Assembly: GCA_964016885.1 (NCBI GenBank)
Contig: OZ024741.1
Coordinates: forward strand, 388,554,001 to 388,618,000
Direction: 5' to 3'
Source of the DNA: Eledone cirrhosa
Lineage: Eukaryota
Length of the DNA stretch: 64,000 nucleotides
In this document: positions 1 to 9,961 of the stretch, in pieces
Layout of the letters: each line of letters begins with the position of its first letter
How positions within the stretch are numbered: the stretch's first letter is position 1
Notes under the pieces: model-generated
What the model saw: only the letters and a program-made list of their open reading frames with translations
Database searches by the model: none
Told to the model about the DNA's origin: nothing
Made by a program: the position numbers and the translations under genes

Positions 1-355
1 CCACGCTCCACATATGACGTATTATCTTCGTTTTTTTCCGTTCATAGCCAGAGAACGTCTCTATGAACCACCTAAGAGAATATTAGTCTACGACTTCTTT
101 TATACCGTAAACGTGGTTCTGCCTTTGCGTATAATTGTTTTTTCACCGCTCCTATTAATGACGTATTATATTCGTTTTTTCCCGTTCTTTGCCAGGGAAC
201 GTTTTCACGAACCAAAGTATCGTCTTCCTGTCTTCCTCCGGTTGCAACGTTTTTTGAAATATTCACTTCTGCGTTTACAGATTGACTTTGTTAGTTTTAG
301 AAGATCCCGTTAAGGGTGAAAGCAGCGATTCTTTGCTTAAACTTTAAATCTGTTA

Positions 356-433
<78 letters not shown>

Positions 434-1005
434 AAATTTAGTACAGAATCATCGAAGCCATTGTTGCAGCCAAGCTAACGAATGCAGTTTCAGTGTGCAG
501 CTAAGCACTCGGATAGGGTATATAACCCTAGAGTTATAACATTATGTTTAGACAGCTTTGCAAAGTGAAGACAGCGACCGATAGAAGGGCCGCAGTGACC
601 ATTGCCACGAAAAAGACTGAACTCAGGGAAAATTTGACAAACCTGGACCATCGCGTCGACATCATACATAACACATAATACATATAATATATACCATATA
701 ATATACATCACATGTAATCCACAATATCTCCGCTAAGTTTCTGTAAATCCTAAATCAACAAAATCCACTTGCAGGGGTCTGCAAGTTAATGGTTTTTGAA
801 GATAGAATAATGGAGTTTTACTTCGTCAACAAGTTTTTTGTTCTGGTCCCTCGGGTGTTTTTTGGTAGAGTAAGCGCTGCTAGCAAACACATGGTTTTCC
901 CAATGGGAGGTAACCCGCGATTTTGGCGGTCAATTCAAAATTTGGAACAAAGGAATAAAGATTCCCTTACACAAACCGAATTAAGCACTCAACTAGAAGT
1001 TATCA

Positions 1006-1052
<47 letters not shown>

Positions 1053-1154
1053 TATACATATATATATATACTATTTTCCCATTTTGACGCTATAGTCACT
1101 TATATATTATGAAATACTGTGTGCTTCTTGCTCATAATAATTTCTATACTTTTC

Positions 1155-1203
<49 letters not shown>

Positions 1204-1311
1204 AACGAGTAGGACCCCGACGGCTGAGCTCAAGCCGTTTCGACGGCTAATTCTGGACTCATAACTTTGGTGCGTTATGGTCCACCTGGTTCCTAACCAC
1301 ATTTCCTTCGT

Positions 1312-1394
<83 letters not shown>

Positions 1395-1583
1395 TTACAT
1401 ATACATATATATATATATATACATATGTTTTGCGATGACCTCCCCTTCCCGCTTGGTGACGGTGTGAGATTTCTCTTTGTGGGAGTGCTGGAATTTCAAA
1501 TTTGGCGTTCACTCTAACACTGACGGGTACCATCGCTGAATGTTAATATCGGTAGGTTTTTTTTATATCGATATTGTTGGGCA

Positions 1584-1705
1584 TCCACTGATGAGTTACA
1601 AGTGCCCACCTGCATATATTCCTATGGACTATGTGTAGGCTTCTACATAACCTCGACATTATTTTCCCAACTTGTAGAAAACTTACAATGAAACGATCGT
1701 TTGGA
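1584..1705 (+). ncRNA. Hammerhead ribozyme motif (minimal type I, long stem II)
   Basis: TCCA-CTGATGA-G...~95 nt...T-GAAA-C-GATC-G-TT-TGGA. Stem I TCCA/TGGA, palindromic loop 3 CGATCG, GUU cleavage triplet. Stem II contains TTACAAG/CTTGTAG and CCTGCATATA/TATGTGTAGG helices. Confidence 0.65.
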
Positions 1706-1887
1706 AGGAGAGATGTATTTAATTGTGTCTCATATAAAATAATACAACTGGCTATCTACAAAATACAATATAGTTAGCACCCCAAACGTATAATTGGGAT
1801 TATACTAAGGTATATCCTAATGTTTGTTGAGTGAGACAGAAGTCGGTCGGAGTATTGCTTAAAGCTTTCTCTGTTAATGTATTAAAT

Positions 1888-2198
1888 CATCATCATCATT
1901 TTACGTCCGCTTTTCCCTGCTTGCAAGGGTGTGACGGGAACTGATTCTGGCTTGATTTCTACAGCTGGATGCCCTTCCTAACACCAACCTCATTTCCAGT
2001 GAGTGCTGGGTGCTTTTTTTGCAGTGGAATGATAGGGACCCCAGTCCCTATCATCTCATTTCTACAGCTGAGTAAACTGGAGCAATGTGAAATAAAGTGT
2101 CTTGCTCAAGGAAACAACACATCACCTGGTCTGAGACTTGAACTCACAACCTTTCGGTTGCAAGGCCAATGCTCTAACCACTAAGCCATGTGCCTCCA
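1888..2198 (-). mobile_element. tRNA-derived SINE with RTE-LINE-derived 3' tail
   Basis: Minus strand: A-box TGGCTTAGTGG, B-box GAGTTCAAGTC, core TCCTTGAGCAAGACACTT, tail ...GAAAAGCGGACGTAAAATGATGATG. A near-identical composite lies at 25511-25850. Confidence 0.8.
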
Positions 2199-2218
2199 TT
2201 AAATATATATATATATAT

Positions 2219-3075
2219 TTCTCTTCTTGCTCACATCTCACTCATGTCGGACGGTCTGTATATCTCTCTCGCTCATGAAATCCACCAAGCTTAAGCTGAC
2301 CGGATTCCCATGCTGCTTGTTTTTTCCTATCTTTGCGTTGCTATCCTTCCCTGTTGTTTACTGTCTCGCTCACTTTACGCGATTTACTTGTCCCAATAGC
2401 TTTATATAGCTATTGCTCGCACCAACCGGAGCTATATGATATTTAAAGCGATGAAATACCAATGAAGGTTGGAAAATCACTGACGAAGGACTATTTTTAT
2501 CATATGTAACCCATGTGCAACCACGCAGTATTCTTCTTTCTTCTCATGTTTTTTATATATATTTTCCTCAGCTGCGTTTGTCTGTTTGTCTCTTACTGCT
2601 TCCCCGCTCTCTCTGTTTCTCTAACCTTCTTTCGTCCCCTCTGTCAGTTACATTTTCTCTCGACTGGCCTCTTCCTTGCACTTCCACTCACTCACTCTCT
2701 GTTTCTCCCCTTCTCCACTTCCTCCCGTTTGGCCTGTAGTGGGTTCTCTTCTTGCTCACATCTCACTCATGTCGGACGGTCTGTATATCTCTCTCGCTCA
2801 TGAAATCCATCCAGCTTAAGCTGACTGGATTCCCATGCTGCTTGTTTTTTCCTATCTTTGCGTTGCTATCCTTCCCTGTTGTTTACTGTCTCGCTCGCTT
2901 TACGCGATTTACTTGTCCCAATAGCTTTATTTAGCTATTGCTTGCACCAACCGGAGGTATATGATTTTTAAAGCAATGAAATACCAATGAAGGTTGGAAA
3001 ATCACTGACGAAGGACTATTTTTATCATATGTAACCCATGTGCAACCACGCAGTATTCTTTCTTCTCATGTTTAT
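2219..3075 (+). repeat. Partial tandem duplication, 525-bp period (~340-bp direct repeats), probable Penelope pLTR remnant
   Basis: 2219-2560 is repeated at 2745-3075 (ORFs at 2227 and 2752 are near-identical). Flanked on both sides by (TA)n. Confidence 0.8.
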
Positions 3076-3097
3076 ATATATATATATATATATATAC

Positions 3098-3966
3098 CTA
3101 CTGGCTGTTCTCCAATGGGCAGAGATGAATAATATGCTGTTGAATGAGGATAAATTTGAACTAATCCACTTTGGAAAAAAAGGCTGCCCTGAAACTACCA
3201 TACTCTCTTCCTTCAGGTGAAACTCTAGCGACATCCAATAACATCAGAGACCTGGGAGTAATTGTGGACAACAATATAAGCTGGGTCACTCATATAAACA
3301 GCAAAGTTGATATGGCCCGCAGAATGTGTTCCTGGATTCTCAGAACTTTTCAGTCGAGAGATATCCACACTGTTGTCCTTCTCTTCTCCACTTTTGCCCG
3401 ACCCCACCTTGAATACTGTGGTCATCCCACATGAAACAAAGTATCATGAAAGTTGAAGCACCCCAAAGGTCAATTACAAACAAGATAGTTGGCATAACAG
3501 GCCTTGACTATTGGGGTCGATTAGAAAAGCTCAAACTTTATTCTCTTCAACGTCGGCGTGAGCGCTACATTATCTGTATGATGTGGAAAATATTCCATCA
3601 GCTTAGCCCAAATGATGTTGGCATCACCTTTAGTGTACACCCAAGGCTATCCGCCCCCGACAAAAATCCCACTCGGATCACATAACAACAATATGGCACA
3701 ATTATTTCACCTTAATTGGCCCTGCACTCTTTAACATTACACCAAAACATCAAAGCAGAGACAGACCACATCAAGTTCAAGAAGTCTTTGGATAAATTCC
3801 TTCAAAAAATCCCGGATAAGCCTCCTACACCCGGATATGCCTCCGTAAACAATAACTCTCTGCTCGAGTGGGCCATGATGCCCAAACACTGATTTGTAAG
3901 ACTTTGCCAGGTGGTGCTATTAAGTTAGACATGGCCTGGGCCAATACTGGCCGAAACCTATCAAAG

Positions 3967-3968
<2 letters not shown>
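3098..3968 (+). mobile_element. 5'-truncated, frameshifted CR1/L2-type LINE 3' fragment
   Basis: WAEMNNMLLNEDK, IRDLGVIVDNN, RPHLEYC and LYSLQRRRERY motifs across three frames; bounded by (TA)n. Confidence 0.85.
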
Positions 3969-4030
<62 letters not shown>

Positions 4031-4074
4031 TAAATTCAAATATTAATAAAATAGATGTTCTTGTGATCAATTAA

Positions 4075-4140
4075 ATTTTATTATACATATTTCAGAGGTA
4101 CTTGAATCAAGTTCAATAGTTCGTCCTCATCAGATAAAAT
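4075..4140 (-). ncRNA. Hammerhead ribozyme motif (minimal type I)
   Basis: Minus strand: ATTTTAT-CTGATGA-GGA...TCT-GAAA-T-ATGT-A-TA-ATAAAAT. Perfect 7-bp stem I, AUA triplet, loop TATGTA (one change from the palindrome TACGTA). Confidence 0.75.
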
Positions 4141-4200
4141 AAAATGAAACATGACATACCCTGACATGTTAAATGGTTAAGATTTAATCATATATATGTA

Positions 4201-4480
4201 TGGAGGCATGTGGCCTAATAGTAAAGGTGTTGGACTTACGATCACACTGTCGTGGGTTCGATTCCTGGGCTGTGTGTTGTATTCTTGAGCAAAACACTTC
4301 ATTTCACGTTGCTCTAGTATACTCAGCTGAAAATGAGTACCAGCAATAGCTAAGGGTTTAACCCTTCGATGGATTGGCATCCTGTCCAGGGGAAGTCTTG
4401 TACTCTCAGTTGCTTCACGCCATGAAACCGGGATAAGCACTGGCCAAATGAGCCTTCTGGCTTAAGACAGACTTTAGACT
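4201..4480 (+). mobile_element. tRNA-derived SINE (CTTGAGCAAAACACTT core)
   Basis: GGAGGCATGTGGCCTAATAG head and GGTTCGATTCC B-box. Related decayed heads at ~8325, ~35745 (-), ~44948 and ~63395. Confidence 0.75.
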
Positions 4481-5820
4481 TTATAAATATAAAGGGAAAA
4501 GAGGCAGGACCCTGACGGCTGAGCTCTGGCCATTTTGACAGCTAGATATATATATAGAGAGAGATTCTGTTGTGCTGAGACCGAGGATTTCACTAATCCT
4601 AGGAGTACTCAATGCATCAGATGCAGAGTGGGTATAGAGATATGTAAAATCTCCACCGCAGTCCCAAGCAGTTTTGGACACAAGCCTGATGGGATTTCAT
4701 ATATATGTATACACATATATATACACACATACATACACATGCATATGTGTTTGTAAGTGTGTGTTAATTGTGTGTATGTGTGTGTGTGCATAAAATATAT
4801 TTTTTTAATTTAAATTATTTTCAGTTTGAAACAAATTATTTTCACTTCATTAATGTGGAAAAGAAATCTTTTTTTCATTTTTCTAAATTCTAAAATTTGT
4901 TATGTTATTTAATTACATGAGAGGGAGGGAGAGAGAGAGAGAAATGTTTCATTTTATTCAATTTAATAAAAATTTCCTTTCACTGGAAAAAAAAAATTAA
5001 AAATAAAGAATAATAAAGAAAAAGTAAAATAAAATAAAATAAAATAAAATGAAATGAAATCTTATTTATAGAATCTTATTTCTGGTAAAATTTCCGTCCA
5101 GAAGAATGGATATTATTAAAAGAACCTTTAACAATGTGCAGAGCATGATTGTACTCCAAGTAAAATCTTTTAATGTACATGAACATTTTATGTTCCAATC
5201 AACACATGGTTAGTGGGTGGGGAATACCTGGAATATTGATGTGGGTAGTGGAAGGTGTGGAGTGGAGGTGTTGTGTGGTGTGGAGTGTTGTGTGGAGTGG
5301 AGTGTTGTGTGGATGGAGTGTTGTGTGGAGGCATGCTGATTAAATCTAATTTCAGTTGTATTTTTCATCACAATCTCTTGTATGTGTGTATCACCTATGT
5401 CTCAAAGACACACCAAGGGAGTGTGTATACTTGAGTGTGTATGCTTGACCTGCTAGAAATAGCAACCAAATCTGCCTCAAAGTAAAAAAAAGGATAAAAT
5501 GGACAATATGGTCTCTAATATTTAAAAATACACAAATACACACAAACAATCATGCACACATACACAGACATATCGACACAGAACATACATACATACACAG
5601 ACACATTCACACATTCACAAACACACACAATCATAAACACACAATCATACTAATACAAACACATGCAAATAAACACACAAAGACAAACACATGCAAAAGC
5701 TCACACACACACACATACAAACACACACGCACACACTCACGCACACTCACACTCACACACAGAAACAAACATACAAACACACAACTCTTGTTCTATAATA
5801 GAAATGTTCTCCCACAGTAC

Positions 5821-5896
5821 AAATTTTGATCCACAATATAAATTTTGATCCACAATATAAATTTTGATCCACAATATAAATTTTGATCCACAATAT
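5821..5896. repeat. 19-bp tandem repeat x4
   Basis: AAATTTTGATCCACAATAT repeated four times, directly abutting the (CAT)n tail of the RTE element. Confidence 0.95.
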
Positions 5897-7720
5897 CATC
5901 ATCATCGTTTAACGTCCATCTTCCACGCTTGCATGGGTTTGGACGGGAGTTTTCCCACTTGAGGCAAGATTTGTTGTCCTGCTTGTATAGGACTGTCTGG
6001 CGGGTTTTCTACGGCTGGATGCCCTTCCTAACACCAACCACGTTTACAGTGTGTACTGGGAGGTTTTTACCGTGTTACCTACACGGCCACATTACAGCGT
6101 GCACTGTGTTTTTTTTTTGTCGTGACACCTACATGAGCTCATTTGTTTCGGACTGGATGTTGTGGTACCAACATAACTTCACATTTAAGAGGGTGGTGTG
6201 GATGGGGTGGCGGTAGTGAGACGGGGTGTATTTTGTTAGAGGTGCCTACTGACTGTAGGTTTCGCTTTGTACTTAGGCAAGGCGGGTCTTCTGTATGACT
6301 GTGTAGCGCCAAAGAAGTCCAGTGACATTGTCTTGGAGAGATGTAAGTGTGTGAGGTCGGAATTTATCAAGTCGCCCCAGGTTTTTCTGGGTCTGCCTAC
6401 TCCGTGGCTACCGTCTATTTATATCGCCCTGCACTTTTTTATACAGCTGTCGTCTTTCATGTGCATCACGTGACCATACCAACGTAGTCTTCTCTCGAGT
6501 AAACAACATCTGATCCCTCTTATTCCTAATTTCTCCCTTAGTTCGTTTATGCTTTGCTGTTCACGTATATTACTATTACACATCCAGTGGAGCATGCAAG
6601 CTTCGTTTCTCTCCAGTCTGCGTATATCCTCTGCACACAATGCCCAGGTCTCACTGCCATGTAACATTGCTGTTCATATGCAGGCATCATACAGCCTGCC
6701 TTTCATTTTTAGGGAGAACCCTTTAGCGGCTAATAGTGGTATAAGCTCTCTGAACTTTTTCCATCCAGTTCTGACTCTAGCTACTGTACTTTCAGAGCAC
6801 CCTCCCCCACTACTGATTTTGTCACCCAGGTAACAAAAGGTGTCCACTATTTCTATAGAACCATCTGTGCAATGGAATGAGCTAGTATTCTGTGGGCACT
6901 TGCTGCTACTTATTGCACCAGAGCACTGGCTACATATAAAATCTATATTCTTAGTTAGCTTACCTGTGATCCCACTACATCTTTTATGCACCCATACTTT
7001 GCATTTGGGACATAAAATGGAGTTTCTGCCTACTCCTTTCCTACACACTGTGCATGGCCATTTCCCAGATGGGACCGGCACCCTATTTTCCTTCCTACAA
7101 ACTAGAACTTTAGTCTTAGACAAGTTAACTTTAAGGTCTTTTGATTCTAGGTCATGCTTCCATGTTTGGAATTTTTTCTCTAGTTCAGCCATTGATTCAG
7201 CTATGAGCGTTAGATCATCTGCATATAGGAGTTCCAATGGGCAGCGGGTCTTTAACTCCTCTGTTATAGCCTGAAGGGCAATAATAAATAGTAGGGGGCT
7301 AAGAACGGAGCCCTGATGAACATCAACTTTTACGCTAAACTCTTCACTATATTCGTTGTTAATTCTAACCTTGCTGACTGTTTCTTTATACATGGCTTGT
7401 ATAGCTCTCACAAGCCATTCATCAACACCTAGTTTTCTAAGCACCCACCAGATAATGGAGAGGGGTACTCTGTCAAAGGCTTTCTCCAAGTCAACAAAAG
7501 CTAAGTATAGAGGTTTACATTTAGCTAGGTACTTCTCCTGTAGTTGTCGTACAATGAAAAGAGTGTCTGTGGTACTTTTACCTGACACAAACCCGAACTG
7601 CATTTCATCTAGATCAATTCGTTCTCTGATTAGTTGTGCTATTACTTTTTCTGTGACCTTCATGACCTGGTCGATTAATTTAATGCCTCTATAGTTACCC
7701 CTATCAAGAGCATCTCCTTA
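5897..7720 (-). mobile_element. 5'-truncated RTE-clade LINE (RT region, 3' UTR, (ATG)n tail)
   Basis: QFGF, FVDLEKAFDRVP, HQGSVLSPLLF, LLYADD, FCYLG, HGSETW and RRLRWYGHV motifs; tail GGACGTTAAACGATGATGATG. Confidence 0.95.
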
Positions 7721-7994
7721 TATAATATAAGTTTTATTATCTTATCTGGATAGAAAAAAAATCAAAACAGTTATTTTCTTTACCTTTTTGTTACCATATT
7801 TCAAATGAAGGATGTTGCTTGTAATTTTCAAGTCATTTTGAAAATAATCATGAAATTGTTTGGAACATAACTTAAGAATGATTCTTACATAAAATTATGA
7901 TTTAAGGTTTTTAGATAAATACAAATAATTTAGAAATACAGCTTTGTATTGCAGAAACAGGGGTGGTTTCAGACACATTTTGTATTAAAAGGCA

Positions 7995-8048
7995 ATAATT
8001 TTTGCTGATGAAGGATAAACCCAGAAACATTGATGTAGAAAATAATTT
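7995..8048 (+). ncRNA. Degenerate hammerhead ribozyme motif
   Basis: TTTTG-CTGATGA-AGG-ATAAAC-CCA-GAAA-CATTGATG-TA-GAAAA. Core and GUA triplet are present; stem I has a G-G mismatch; loop resembles the palindrome CATCGATG. Confidence 0.5.
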
Positions 8049-8814
8049 TTCTTAATTCTGACTTTGCCAGTTTGGGGTTTGTATAAAACACCCCTTCCAA
8101 ATAAAATAGAACAACATTCTCTAAAATGCTAATTTATTGAAATTGCCTAATTTACAAAAAATTTGAGTGTTGTATAACGATTATATATTGCAATGTGCTA
8201 TCTTTTTACCTTCTCCCTCTCCCACCACTGTTGTGTTGTCTGTTTAAAGCAAGAGTTACATAACAGTGGTTTTACTGAAATCTAGTAAATGTTTGGTTTG
8301 TTTGCTAATATCTCTAACTTGTGAAGACACATGACTTAGTAGTTATGGTGTTCACTTCTGATCGTACGGTCATCGGTTAGATCCCTGGGGGTATATTGTA
8401 TCCTTGAGTGAGAAAGAGAACAAGACACATTATTTCACATTGCTCAAGTCAAATCAAGTAGCCAAAAATAAATGGTACCTATGATTCAAAGCACCAGCCA
8501 CATGATACACTGAGTAACACTGAGTCTCAATGTTAAGGGGACATGTGTCTGTGGAATGTTCAATTACTCCTTAATTTCACAAGCAGGCTGTTCCACAGCT
8601 TTAAAAGTAGAATATACATTTAGGTTTTAAACCTTTGGAAAGCATCTGATGCCCTACAGTAAGGATGGAATGGAGATAACTAATGTATTAAATAGAGCTA
8701 TCCCTCTATTGGTTACCTTTCTATCATATGTCTATGTCGATGATGATGGCTGTGGTTGTGGTTATTCAACAATATCAACAACTATAATAAAAATACAGGA
8801 AACTTAATATATTT

Positions 8815-9245
8815 TCACACACATACACAAACACACACACACACACATACATACACACACATGCACAAACACACACACACACACACACATACATACACAC
8901 ACAAACACACACACACATACACATACATACACACATGCACAAACACACACACACATACACACATACACAAACACACACACACACATGCACGAACACACAC
9001 ACACACACATGCACAAACACACACACATGCACAAACACACACACACATACGCATATACACATAAACACATGCTCACACACATATATATATAAAGGGATGC
9101 ACACACACACACACACACACAAACACATTCACTTATACACATGCTCACACACACATACACACAAACATGCACTCATACATTCATAAAAAAGCATGCACGC
9201 ACACACACACATGCACACAAATGCACACATGCATGTACATATGCC
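8815..9245. repeat. Compound (CA)n microsatellite
   Basis: Direct reading of the sequence. Similar tracts at 5535-5785, 22600-22850 and 25215-25510; pure (TA)n at 360-430, 1010-1070, 1158-1200, 1315-1420, 18995-19052, 19697-19767, 22146-22207 and 28447-28497. Confidence 0.95.
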
Positions 9246-9829
9246 CATTCATCCTCACAAGTATAGATCATTTATAAAAGAAAAAGAAAATAAAAGACTA
9301 ACGATATAAAAGAAAAAAACCAATAAAATAAAAGCTGGATCAATAAATAAATAAAAAAGAAAGAAAGTAAACTCTGTCGAAATATTGGTTCAAAATATTT
9401 TCTCTGTATATTTTTTATGAATAAATCTGAAGATAAAACTAAAATATCAAAAACTAAAAAATATCCAACATGGAGGTTTATTCATTTTGTCTTGAAAAAA
9501 TATTGGGAGGAGAGGGAAATGTTATCTGAAAAATGGTTTTAAAAACTGTTTTCAATACAACAGTAATTGATTTCTTGTGAAATATTGCTGTTTGTTATTG
9601 GATAGCCCTAGTAAGATCTAAGCTTGTGTTTCAAGTGGTAGAGAAACCAGAAAATACATACATATATACATACTAGACACAAGGTTTTGTATTATTGTCA
9701 TTCAACCATATTTGTATAGATGGATACACCATTTCTAGAACTGTATCATCTTACATGTCCTTCTCATTTTAAGATTTTTATGATGGGGTGGGATTTTGGG
9801 GAGATTTAGCTGCTACTTTTAATAGGTTT

Positions 9830-9960
9830 GTGTCAAGAGCTGCAACCAGTAGATAGTATCAGCAATGGAAAGACCAATGGAAACATTGCTTGCTTGGTCT
9901 GATTTGACAAGTTCCACCCCACTCAGTTAGCAAATGAGGTCTGGGATCTTGTTGATCAAA
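9830..9960 (+). repeat. Unclassified interspersed repeat (CAATGGAAAGACCAATGGAAAC family)
   Basis: Similar copies at 19383-19500 (-), 45047-45185 (+) and 63494-63632 (+). Confidence 0.7.
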
Positions 9961-9961
9961 C

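Noticed and set aside
290-340. Hammerhead-like AGAAGA-TCCC-GTTAA-GGGT-GAAAG after a ~144-bp diverged tandem repeat
   Set aside because: The CUGA box is missing and there is no convincing stem I or stem III.
4201-4270. tRNA genes at the A/B-box motifs
   Set aside because: No cloverleaf, and they continue into SINE bodies.
8756-9186. HT/CV/YI dipeptide ORFs here and elsewhere
   Set aside because: Dinucleotide microsatellite translations.
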